Virus record (IMG/VR): IMGVR_UViG_2814123293_000008
Coordinates: 1 to 64,000 of that record
DNA: 64,000 bases
Direction: 5' to 3' (one strand)
DNA from: a virus
Taxonomy: Duplodnaviria; Caudoviricetes
The notes beneath the pieces were generated by a model that worked only from the letters and a program-made list of their open reading frames with translations, had not been told where the DNA came from and did no database searches. Each line of letters opens with the position of its first letter. Position 1 is the first letter of the stretch. Below are positions 17,674 to 26,163 of the stretch, piece after piece. Position numbers and translations under genes: made by a program.

Positions 17674-19098
17674 TTAGCCCTGCAGGGCGCTGGTGACATA
17701 GCTGGCGTCATACTCCAGCACGAAGTCGATCTCCTGAGCGGGGGAGGGCGGCGTCATGTGGACACGGAGTTTGATGATGCCGGCCATAAGGTTGGTCAGC
17801 GGGTTCTCACTCTCCAGCATCTCCACGCGAGCGCCCAGGATGTAGCCAATACCCACCAGGCCGTTGAGCCAGATGTTGGCGGAATCGAGAACGGTGTCGA
17901 TGAGGCGGCGGGTCATGGGCTTGTCCAGCTTGCTCCAGAAGGTGCGGATCATGGTGTTTCCGACCCAGCCAAACATCCGGGAGACGGGGATAAAGTAATC
18001 CTTGACGTCGGTGTTGCTGGGATAGCAGGCGGTATAGTTGCCCCAGGCGCACCAGCCGCCCATGAAGTTCAGCGCGGTCAGGATGCCGTTGTCGTTGAGG
18101 ATGTTCGCCTGTGCCAAAGTCAGATTGACTTCGGTGCCATCCTCCAGGACCATCGCATCGCACTGGAAGCTCTTGTTGCTGGGGGACTCATAGGGGCAGC
18201 CGCCGTTGTCGGTGTCCACCTGGGCCATCAGGCCCGCCAGCTGCGTGCTCATGTGGAACTTGTAGTCCCCGAGCTTGAGCATGGGCCAGCAGGGAATCTC
18301 GTCCACATCGACGAAGTTCTTCCCGCTCTTCTCGGTGATGGCCGCGGTATAGCTGGTGGCGCCGGAGGAGCTGGAGTCGATGTCGATCAGCGCCTTGGCC
18401 TGGAACATCCCGTTGATGCCGCCGGCCTTGGTCGCCATGACGGCGGCCACGACCGAGGACTGGGAGTGCCCGGGGGCGCAGATCAGGTCGGGCACGATGC
18501 CCAGCGCGGTCATGCACAGCTCAATGCTTTCCATCCCCGCAGCAACAGCGGTATCGTCCACAGACGCGGGCTTGACCTTGTTGTAGGCCACGTTGATCTG
18601 CGAAGCGGAATAGGCCTTGCCGTCGGCCAGCGCCTCAATGACAAGAAACTCCCCGTCGTAGTAGGTGCTGTAATCGGTGTCCTTGACGTAGGCATCGCCG
18701 GCGCCGCCCGCGGCCTTGACGACCAGATTGCTGTCGTCGATGGCCTCGATGGGCAGCTTGGCCTTATGGTCGGCCAGGGCCACATCGGATGCGGCCACTG
18801 CCTCCTTCATGTCCGCGGCATCAAGGACGTTGCAGAAGATGACCGGCTGGCAGCCGAACAGCTTGAAGTGGGAATACGCAAACTCACAGAGCGGATAGCT
18901 GGCCCAGTCGTCCGAGTAGCCCAGCTTCTCCACAGCCTCGGCCCAGCTGGTGCAGAGAGCAGGGACGCCGACAGCGGCGGGAGACGCCGCGCTCTGCACG
19001 GGGGCCGCGCCGACGACAAAGGGGACTCCGCTCTCGGCCATGACGGGGGTGCTGACGCTGGTCGCCTGCTGGGAGACGTTTACGCCATGATTTGCCAT
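17674..19098 (-). CDS. Contractile tail sheath protein
   Basis: HGVNVSQ, PDLICAPG, YESPSN, GWCAWGN, PPSPAQEI motifs. Confidence 0.93.
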   Translation of the reverse strand: MANHGVNVSQQATSVSTPVMAESGVPFVVGAAPVQSAASPAAVGVPALCTSWAEAVEKLGYSDDWASYPLCEFAYSHFKLFGCQPVIFCNVLDAADMKEAVAASDVALADHKAKLPIEAIDDSNLVVKAAGGAGDAYVKDTDYSTYYDGEFLVIEALADGKAYSASQINVAYNKVKPASVDDTAVAAGMESIELCMTALGIVPDLICAPGHSQSSVVAAVMATKAGGINGMFQAKALIDIDSSSSGATSYTAAITEKSGKNFVDVDEIPCWPMLKLGDYKFHMSTQLAGLMAQVDTDNGGCPYESPSNKSFQCDAMVLEDGTEVNLTLAQANILNDNGILTALNFMGGWCAWGNYTACYPSNTDVKDYFIPVSRMFGWVGNTMIRTFWSKLDKPMTRRLIDTVLDSANIWLNGLVGIGYILGARVEMLESENPLTNLMAGIIKLRVHMTPPSPAQEIDFVLEYDASYVTSALQG

Positions 19099-19110
19099 AG
19101 TGCTTCCTCC

Positions 19111-19455
19111 TTACTTTCTGCCGGAGGCCAGCTTCTTGTAGTTCACATTCAGCAGGTTTCCGGCGGTCTTGACTTTGATGCGATCCTCGGGGAGCGTGTC
19201 GCCGGTGACAATCAGCGAGGCGATCAGCGGGTATCGTTCCAGGGCCGGAGCCAACTCACTGAGCACATCAGCTTTGCCGCCCCGATAGACCGCGCCGGAC
19301 TGGATTACTCCCCGGATGCTGGGGCCGAGGTAGACGCAAAACCCGGCGGCCTTGCCGTCGGGTTTCTTGGTTTTCTTGGGGGCCTTGGGCTCCTCCGCGT
19401 GCTCACCGGCGCGCTCGGCGGCGCTCTCGGCCGTTTCTTTCTTTACTACTGCCAT
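19111..19455 (-). CDS. Hypothetical protein preceding the sheath gene
   Basis: 114-aa ORF with VYLGPSI motif, overlapping its neighbour. Confidence 0.65.
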   Translation of the reverse strand: MAVVKKETAESAAERAGEHAEEPKAPKKTKKPDGKAAGFCVYLGPSIRGVIQSGAVYRGGKADVLSELAPALERYPLIASLIVTGDTLPEDRIKVKTAGNLLNVNYKKLASGRK

Positions 19456-19937
19456 TCTGCTACCTCTCTTTCCACGCCGGGGACACGCCAGGTGGTCGTC
19501 ATCTCTCCGGCAAAATAGGGGGCGGTGTCATCGGGGTAGATGAAGGTCTCCAAGCCAGCCTCCAGGTCAAGCTGGTAGCGCCGCCCGATGACGACCTGTC
19601 TTAAAAGGCGGATGCGAAGCCGCTCCATGAGATTGAGCAGCATAAGGCCGCCCTCCTGCTCGTCGCCGCTGTAAATAGCGAAAATAGAACGCACCACGGC
19701 CACGCCGCGCTCTCGCTCGCCGGCCGGCTGGACGTCTCTGCTGGTGATCGCCTGGTGGATGATGTAGGGGGCCTTCTTTTTCGCGGATGTGCCATCCGGG
19801 AGCCGCATCAGGTAGACCTCCGCCGCCCGGTATTGCTGCCTCTCCTCGGCGCTCTGCACCCGAACCGGCATAATCAGGTCTTTAATCGCTTCCTCGGTGA
19901 CGGCCTTCAGCTCCTCCAGGAGCATAACCCTATCCAT
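19446..19937 (-). CDS. Putative tail terminator / neck protein
   Basis: Position in neck cluster; PYII and APYFAGEMTTTW motifs. Confidence 0.6.
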   Translation of the reverse strand: MDRVMLLEELKAVTEEAIKDLIMPVRVQSAEERQQYRAAEVYLMRLPDGTSAKKKAPYIIHQAITSRDVQPAGERERGVAVVRSIFAIYSGDEQEGGLMLLNLMERLRIRLLRQVVIGRRYQLDLEAGLETFIYPDDTAPYFAGEMTTTWRVPGVEREVAEWQ

Positions 19938-19940
19938 CGG

Positions 19941-20516
19941 CTACCCTCCCCACCCGTTGAGCACCCGCATGATTTCGTGCTCAATGCGGCTCTCGTAGGT
20001 TTTTAGGATCTCCTCGTCCATCTTGTCGGTCGTCTCCTCGTGGGCGTAGAAGGCCTGGACGGCAGAGGGCCCGAACAGCTCCCGGATTGGAAAGCGCTCA
20101 GGGCCCTCTCGCTCGAATACGCCGGTGTGCCCGCCTACCTGGGTGACAAAGGCATTGTCCAGCGCCTCCTGGGCATTGGAGCGCAGCACGCGGGTATGCA
20201 CCCGCCCATCCGAGCCGAACTTGGTGTCGAACTTAATCAGCGGGATTACGTTTCCACGGTAGCCGAAGGTGATGGAGTAGGCGCCGGCGGCATCCTTGAT
20301 GACGGTGTTGATGTTCCTCGTCCGGGCTTTCAGCTCTCCTTGGGAAATGGCGTATTCCTCGGAAACGATCTTCATACCGACGGTGAGGCCGTGCCGCGCT
20401 GCCCGCTTCAGGGCGCTGCCGACGGCGCGGTAAACGCCGTCGGGAACTCCGGCCAGGAGCTTTGATGCCCGCTCAAGGCTGCCGTCGATCTCGTCAATGG
20501 TAATGGCGTAGCTCAT
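19941..20516 (-). CDS. Tail completion protein (lambda gpZ-like)
   Basis: AFVTQVGGHTGVFER..RFPIRELFGPS motif. Confidence 0.75.
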   Translation of the reverse strand: MSYAITIDEIDGSLERASKLLAGVPDGVYRAVGSALKRAARHGLTVGMKIVSEEYAISQGELKARTRNINTVIKDAAGAYSITFGYRGNVIPLIKFDTKFGSDGRVHTRVLRSNAQEALDNAFVTQVGGHTGVFEREGPERFPIRELFGPSAVQAFYAHEETTDKMDEEILKTYESRIEHEIMRVLNGWGG

Positions 20517-20881
20517 TCGTCGATCGCCTCCAGTTCCACCCGGAGCATACCCAGCTCACAGACCGAGGAGGCGACATAGAACTCCCGGAAGAAACCGCCT
20601 CCGCCCTCCTGGTCGTTGATTTTGATGCGCTGTCCTTTCTCTGGCTGGTTGCCGCCCAGGTCAGATAGCGCACAGTGCAGGACGGAGGATACCAGGTAGA
20701 GCCCCTGGAGGTGGTCGGACTGGAGCTGGCGTCGCTCCCGCTCCTTCAGGCCGGACAAGACGACGGGGATGTCCTGGTACTCCTCTCCGTCATAGCGAAT
20801 GGTGCGTTTTTCGGCGAACTCATCCAGGTTGAGAAAGACGCTGTGGACGTCTTTGGCTACCATGTCCTTGAAGCCGCTCAT
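20513..20881 (-). CDS. Head-tail adaptor/closure protein
   Basis: FKDMVAKDVHSVFLNLDEFAE N-terminus; position. Confidence 0.7.
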   Translation of the reverse strand: MSGFKDMVAKDVHSVFLNLDEFAEKRTIRYDGEEYQDIPVVLSGLKERERRQLQSDHLQGLYLVSSVLHCALSDLGGNQPEKGQRIKINDQEGGGGFFREFYVASSVCELGMLRVELEAIDE

Positions 20882-21354
20882 TCCACCGGCCCCTCCGCCC
20901 CCAGGCTGGGCGGAGCCTCCTCGTCGCCCTCCCCACCGGAGATGGCATCCTCCAGGGGGATGTCAGTGATGGCCGCGATTAGCTGTGCCTTCGTCTTGAG
21001 CTTGGCCGTGTCGATACCCAGGCCTTCGGCCAGCTCCCGGAGCTTGGCGTTGGTGAGCTCTTTAAGCTGCTCGGGGTCAAGACGGGCAGCGCCCTCGCCC
21101 TCCGCAGGCCCGTCCCCATCGGGAGTGTCCACGCCTGTCCCCGCGCCGTCCTCGCCCTCTGCGGGCGTTGCAACGGCCCCTGCGGTATCTTCCTCGGGGA
21201 TGTCCTCGAGTACGACACCCACACCGAGGGAGGCCAGGCGGGCGGCCTCGGTGTCAGTCACGACGCAGAGACCGCCCGCGGGTACCGACCGGGGGTGCTT
21301 CGCCCCCTCGGGCCGGTAGCCGTACAGGCCGTTGGTGATTTTTACATGCTTCAT
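20878..21354 (-). CDS. Head-associated protein with Rho-N/HeH-like helical domain
   Basis: LTNAKLRELAEGLGI...TKAQLIAAI. Confidence 0.6.
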   Translation of the reverse strand: MKHVKITNGLYGYRPEGAKHPRSVPAGGLCVVTDTEAARLASLGVGVVLEDIPEEDTAGAVATPAEGEDGAGTGVDTPDGDGPAEGEGAARLDPEQLKELTNAKLRELAEGLGIDTAKLKTKAQLIAAITDIPLEDAISGGEGDEEAPPSLGAEGPVE

Positions 21355-21378
21355 GGTGTTGCTCCTTTCCCAGCCCTA

Positions 21379-22449
21379 TCAGGTGCCGACCACGTTGGCT
21401 GCGTACATCCAGGGGGCCTTGCTCCGGGGTGCAGCCAGGGGGCGGGCGGCCAGACGCAGCTTGCGGGTATCCTTGTCCTTGTCGACGACAAACTTGGGCA
21501 CGCGCTGCATGGCGAAGCTGTGGTACTCGTTGTCGTCCTCGATCTGGTCGACGCGGCCATACATCATGTGGCCGCAGTCGGGAGCGGTGACCATCGCGGA
21601 GGTCGCGGGGAACAGGCGGATGGTGCCGTCCTTGTCCAGCACGGTCTCGCGCACGGAGAAGATGTCCAGGTCGGTGCCGTCGAAGTTCAGGTTGCCGATC
21701 CATACCACGCCGGGGTAGCGCACCTGGGGCGCCAGGCGGCCATACTCGGCGCGCCGGTTGTCCAGCAGCTTCAGCGTGGCCTCGTCGCTCTGGATGAAAG
21801 CGGCCACGTCGGTGCCCACGATCAGGTCGGTGGCGGGGAGGCCGCGATCCAGCAGGTCGTTCACCATCGCGGCGACGTCACCCTTCCAGTCGCCGTCTCC
21901 AGCGTCCCACTTGTTCGCCACGGTGTACTTGGCGGGGTTGGAGCCGGTGGTGTCGAAGTAGAAGATGTCGTAGGTTTCGCCCACGGTGTCGTTGTCGATG
22001 TAGGCGACGATGGTGCAGCCGTTGTTGATCATGGTCTGGACGGCCATCCACTCCTCACGGCGCTGAATGCGGCGGTCCAGGTCGGTGAGGTCCTGCATCT
22101 GGAGCGCCCGGGCGCGCTCGGCGGGGGTGCTGCCGGCATACAGAGCCTCCCCGAAGCCGCGCTTCTGCAGGTCATCCATGGTCAGCAGACGGGAGGGAGC
22201 AGTGAAAGGCGGCTCGAACTCGTGGATCTCGTAGCCGCCGCGGGCCACGGGGATATCGCCGGCACGGCGCACAACGAAGGGAGCCATAGCCCGGTCACGG
22301 TCGCGGTACTCCACCAGCACCTTGTTGGCGTTGAAGATGTCGGTCGCCGCGTTGGTGGGGAAATAGCGGTCACGGAAGAAGCTCTGGACAGGGACAATCT
22401 CCTGGACCATGCCCGCCATGTAGTAGGTGTCAAAAATGTCGAAAGGCAT
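21379..22449 (-). CDS. Major capsid protein (lambda gpE family)
   Basis: FFRDRYFP, RAMAPFV and RREEWMA motifs; position after the decoration protein. Confidence 0.92.
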   Translation of the reverse strand: MPFDIFDTYYMAGMVQEIVPVQSFFRDRYFPTNAATDIFNANKVLVEYRDRDRAMAPFVVRRAGDIPVARGGYEIHEFEPPFTAPSRLLTMDDLQKRGFGEALYAGSTPAERARALQMQDLTDLDRRIQRREEWMAVQTMINNGCTIVAYIDNDTVGETYDIFYFDTTGSNPAKYTVANKWDAGDGDWKGDVAAMVNDLLDRGLPATDLIVGTDVAAFIQSDEATLKLLDNRRAEYGRLAPQVRYPGVVWIGNLNFDGTDLDIFSVRETVLDKDGTIRLFPATSAMVTAPDCGHMMYGRVDQIEDDNEYHSFAMQRVPKFVVDKDKDTRKLRLAARPLAAPRSKAPWMYAANVVGT

Positions 22450-22464
22450 ATTCTTGTCCTCCTT

Positions 22465-22866
22465 TTAGTCCAGGACCTGGGCAAGATAGATTCCGCGCTC
22501 GCGCAGGGTGTCCTTGTCGGCCTGGGTGATGGTGTACTCATCATCCACGGTCATGGCGTCTTCATTGAAGCAGCCCATCACATAGACGGCGACATTGGCA
22601 TCGGCGTCGGTGCCGATGTCCTCGTCATCGCAGAGAATGCAGTCGGGGGTCAAAGTCTCGCTCTCGGCGGCGGTGGTGCCGAGGATCTTCAGTTTGCCAT
22701 CGCCGCCGGTGCCGGAGCTGCGGCACAGGACGGTGCCCCGCGGATAGGTGGCGGCGACGGACAGCTTGGTGATGATGCCGGAGGCCACCTTCACAGGCGG
22801 TGTGATACCGGCGATCAGCTTGTCGTACTCCATAGAGCCGACCTTGTCGTTGAGATGCTTCGCCAT
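22465..22866 (-). CDS. Head decoration protein (gpD-like)
   Basis: RGTVL, ILCDD, VYVMGCFNEDA motifs; immediately upstream of the capsid gene. Confidence 0.8.
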   Translation of the reverse strand: MAKHLNDKVGSMEYDKLIAGITPPVKVASGIITKLSVAATYPRGTVLCRSSGTGGDGKLKILGTTAAESETLTPDCILCDDEDIGTDADANVAVYVMGCFNEDAMTVDDEYTITQADKDTLRERGIYLAQVLD

Positions 22867-22867
22867 G

Positions 22868-23311
22868 TTACTTATCCTCCTTCTTGTTCAGGGCCTTCGC
22901 ATCGGCGCGGCCCTTCGCCATGCGCTGCTCCGGGGTGAGCTCACCGGCGGGCGCGCCCTCATTGTTGGCGGCTCCGACCTGCTGCGCGCCGGACGCGCCG
23001 GTGTCAGCCTCCAGGGCCGCCATGTAGCTCTTGCCGGTCTGAGCGGCTTTCTGAGCCATACGGTAGGCCAGCTCCTGGGCCGTGCAGGGATGCCCGCCAT
23101 ACTTGGCCTCCCGGATGCTCTCGGCGTCATAGAGAGATGCCAGGGCGTCAATCTCCTGGATTCTCTGGCGCTCGGCCTGGGCGGGGTCAGCCCCGCCGTC
23201 ACCTTCGGCCGCTGCGCTGGGGGCAGGGTTGGCAGCAGCTCTCGCCTCGGCCTCCAGCTGCGCGGTCAGCTCCGGGTACTCCGCCCGGAGCTCCTCAACA
23301 GTACTTGCCAT
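22868..23311 (-). CDS. Nested in-frame scaffolding protein (Nu3-like)
   Basis: Internal AAGGAGG RBS (23322-23328) 10 nt before the in-frame ATG of MASTVEELRAEYPEL. Confidence 0.6.
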   Translation of the reverse strand: MASTVEELRAEYPELTAQLEAEARAAANPAPSAAAEGDGGADPAQAERQRIQEIDALASLYDAESIREAKYGGHPCTAQELAYRMAQKAAQTGKSYMAALEADTGASGAQQVGAANNEGAPAGELTPEQRMAKGRADAKALNKKEDK

Positions 23312-24124
23312 AGGTGTACTTCCTCCTTTTCTGCCGGTCTTGGCCGGCGGATTTGTATGTGTCTTAGCCGGGGCCGAGGCCTCGGGATCGACCGTGGGAA
23401 TGCTATCCGGGGCGAACATCCCCGGAGTGAGGTGGATGGTGCGGCCGCGGACGAACAGGCTCCGGCCGTCCGCGCTGGCGGCAATATCCAGAGGAGCTGC
23501 GTCCTCCAGGAGCTCGTCGGCAAAGCCCTTTTCTACCGCCTCGCCGCCCGTCATATAGGTCGTGTCCGCCATCATGTGGGTCAAAACGGTGTCAGACAGG
23601 CCGGTCTTGCGCTTGTAGATGGTCGCCTGGGCCTTATCCCAGGCCGTATTCCTGTCTGCCAGGGCCCGCATCTCGTCGGCATTGTAGCCACCGAACAGGA
23701 ACGTCCAGCACTTGTGGATCATCACCAGGCTGGAGGGGTTGACCTTCACCGTGTCGCAGGCGCACATGATAAGCGAGCCGCCGGACATCGCCACGCCGTC
23801 CACGACGCAGGTGAGCTTCGCTCCGCCCCGCGCCAGCTCCCGGAGCCGGTTGTGGATGGTGATAGACACGCCGGCGTCGCCGCCGTAGCTGTTCATGCGG
23901 ATGGTGATGTCCTTGCAGGAGGCGATCTGCTCCAGGTCCTCCATGAACTCAGGCAGAAGCACGAACTCACCTTCGACAGGATTTCCGTCCCAGTCGGTGG
24001 GGTGCTGCTCGTAGATGTCACCGTACATGGTGATCTCTGCGCTCTGGCCGTCGGTAGTGGCCATCGCGTAGACGGCCCGCTTGATGTTCACGGCAGGCCG
24101 CGCGGCCGGTACTGTTTTGCTCAT
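22868..24124 (-). CDS. ClpP-like head maturation protease with C-terminal scaffold
   Basis: RMNSYGGD (Ser), AMSGGS, MIHK, TYMTGGEAVEKGFAD motifs. Confidence 0.9.
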   Translation of the reverse strand: MSKTVPAARPAVNIKRAVYAMATTDGQSAEITMYGDIYEQHPTDWDGNPVEGEFVLLPEFMEDLEQIASCKDITIRMNSYGGDAGVSITIHNRLRELARGGAKLTCVVDGVAMSGGSLIMCACDTVKVNPSSLVMIHKCWTFLFGGYNADEMRALADRNTAWDKAQATIYKRKTGLSDTVLTHMMADTTYMTGGEAVEKGFADELLEDAAPLDIAASADGRSLFVRGRTIHLTPGMFAPDSIPTVDPEASAPAKTHTNPPAKTGRKGGSTPMASTVEELRAEYPELTAQLEAEARAAANPAPSAAAEGDGGADPAQAERQRIQEIDALASLYDAESIREAKYGGHPCTAQELAYRMAQKAAQTGKSYMAALEADTGASGAQQVGAANNEGAPAGELTPEQRMAKGRADAKALNKKEDK

Positions 24125-25770
24125 GCGTTTTCTCCCTTCCCTTCGCCCTCGCCATTGCCGCCTTCGCCGTCATCGGCACCGGAGCTCGGCAGGTTGGTAA
24201 TCCGTGCGCCGCCCGCTTCCGCGAGCTTCGCGTTTTCTGCTTTTAGCTGCTCCACGTTGGCCTCCCAGTCGCCTCCGCCCAGCTCGCGCGTGACCTGCTC
24301 GTGGGTCTTGAAGCCGTGGTCGACCAGGACAACGGCGGCGTTGGCCTCTTTCAACGGGTCGAGCTGTCCCTGCACGGGGCCGATCCAGCGCGCGCCGCAC
24401 CACGCGGCCCGCACCAGGGGGTCTTCAAAGAAGCCCGGGGCCTTGATGCGGCCGCGGGCCACCGCCTCCGAAAGCCACACTTCATAGGCCGGCTGGCAGA
24501 AGTCGGTCACAAACCAGCTCCGGCGCATCTTGAACTCTTCCCAAGCCTCCAGGAGAGCGGCGCGGGAGGCCGAGTAGCTGGAGTTAAAGGTCTTCATCAG
24601 CACCTCGTAGGGCTCTCCCAAAGCCGCGCCGGTCTGCTGGCAGAAGGTCTTGACGAAGGTATCAAAGCCCGTGGTGGGGATGCTGGGGTTTCCGAATTTG
24701 ATGTCCTCATTCTCCGCCAAGTGAGAAACCGTGCCGGGGCCCATCTCATACTCGCTGTCGCTTCCGGATAGGTTGTTCTCGATGGGATTTGCCGCGGGGA
24801 CACCGGCGATGTCGCCGGTGCCGACCTCGTTGACGGGGATCTCGGTCTGGCTGGTCTTGGTGATGATCCACGCCGTAAAGAAAGACTGGACGAGGGCGGC
24901 CATAAGCGTGCTCTCCGTGTACCGGCGTAGCTGTAGCAGCTGCTCGATCACTGGAGCCAGATAGGTCACGCCACGGTATTGGTCCGGCCGCTCGCTCCCC
25001 ATGATGTGGAGGATGTTCGGCAAGCCCGTCCTGGGGCCGTAGGCCTCCACCCTCGTCCACTTGGTCGGCTCTGTCGTGGTCTGCCAGGGGTAGGTGTTGT
25101 GGACGTAGTAGGCGACGACCATGCTGTCGTTGTCCACCTCCACCCCGTCAAAGATGCGGTTTCCGTTCTCCGGGTTCTTCCCGTCCGTGATGTGTGCCAC
25201 AGCCGTTCCGCCCCCGTACTCGGCGGGGGTGCGCACCCGGTCGGCCTCCACAAGATGGATGCGCAGGGAGTAGGGATTTACCGGCGTGGGGTTTCTCCGC
25301 TTGAACACGGGGAAAACGTCTCCGCTCTGGAGCCACGCCACCAGCGCCAGCTGCTGCATCCCGTAAAAATTGTTCATGCCGGTAGCGTCGCAGTTGGCCT
25401 TGTTCCTGGCCCATAGGGAAAACTCCGCCTCGGTGCGCCGTTGCCACTCCTTGGCTGCTTCCGGGGAGATGCCCAGCACCTCCCGATCCACGGAGCTCTT
25501 GAGGGTCAGGCCGACGCCGACTACCTTCGTCCGATTGGTGTTGATGGCTGACGTCGCCACCGGGGAGGACATATACAGCATCCGCCCCCTCTGGCGGAGG
25601 GTGAAGTTGTTCCAGTCGATGTCCTCCCTAGGGGAGCCGCTGCGCGGGGTAAAGCCTTTGAGCGCCCGCCGGGTCATGCTGGCGCCGGCCTCGCTGTATC
25701 CCTTGGCCTGGGGGCGCGCTGTGTCGGGCATGAACAGCCCGGTTTTCTTATCGCGGTATATGTCGCCCAC
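24121..25770 (-). CDS. Portal protein (lambda family)
   Basis: YSEAGAS, RQRGRML, RPDQYRGV, SYSASRAALLE, LDPLKE motifs. Confidence 0.95.
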   Translation of the reverse strand: MGDIYRDKKTGLFMPDTARPQAKGYSEAGASMTRRALKGFTPRSGSPREDIDWNNFTLRQRGRMLYMSSPVATSAINTNRTKVVGVGLTLKSSVDREVLGISPEAAKEWQRRTEAEFSLWARNKANCDATGMNNFYGMQQLALVAWLQSGDVFPVFKRRNPTPVNPYSLRIHLVEADRVRTPAEYGGGTAVAHITDGKNPENGNRIFDGVEVDNDSMVVAYYVHNTYPWQTTTEPTKWTRVEAYGPRTGLPNILHIMGSERPDQYRGVTYLAPVIEQLLQLRRYTESTLMAALVQSFFTAWIITKTSQTEIPVNEVGTGDIAGVPAANPIENNLSGSDSEYEMGPGTVSHLAENEDIKFGNPSIPTTGFDTFVKTFCQQTGAALGEPYEVLMKTFNSSYSASRAALLEAWEEFKMRRSWFVTDFCQPAYEVWLSEAVARGRIKAPGFFEDPLVRAAWCGARWIGPVQGQLDPLKEANAAVVLVDHGFKTHEQVTRELGGGDWEANVEQLKAENAKLAEAGGARITNLPSSGADDGEGGNGEGEGKGENA

Positions 25771-25784
25771 CTCCTATGTTGCAT

Positions 25785-25839
25785 AAAAAACGGGCTGCCC
25801 GGCGGCGAAAGGAGCTGACAAACTCCGCCGGGCTGCCCG
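25785..25839 (-). terminator. Terminator-like hairpin between gpW-like and portal genes
   Basis: CGGG-CAG-CCCGGCGG / CCGCCGGG-CAG-CCCG stem followed by TTTTTT on the minus strand. Confidence 0.55.
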
Positions 25840-25895
25840 TGGTAAAGCCCTCTCGGGCTTGTACCCATATCATTTTCGTGACCTCACGAAAAAGG

Positions 25896-26153
25896 TCACC
25901 AGTCGCGGGGGATGACGCCGAAGGCCTTGCGGGGCCGCCTGCCGTTCAGCAGGGCGGTCAACTCGTCGATCTTCTGCTCGGCCTCCTCGATCTCGTCCTT
26001 GAGGGTGCTAAGGTCGAAGCGGGTGAGCTGCCGGTCGTCGATGGTATAGCTCTTGACGCGGCCGTCTACCAGGGCGGTGTAAGCCGCAGTCAGCTTCTCA
26101 TAGGCGGAGCGCCAGAAGTTCAGCCGGATTTTCACGTCGGTCATATCTGCCAT
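25896..26153 (-). CDS. Head-tail joining protein (gpW-like)
   Basis: VKSYTIDDRQLTRFDL motif; between terminase and portal. Confidence 0.8.
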   Translation of the reverse strand: MADMTDVKIRLNFWRSAYEKLTAAYTALVDGRVKSYTIDDRQLTRFDLSTLKDEIEEAEQKIDELTALLNGRRPRKAFGVIPRDW

Positions 26154-26163
26154 CGGGCATCAC

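Noticed and set aside
16753-19518. 921-aa plus-strand ORF
   Set aside because: Antisense shadow of the sheath and tube genes.
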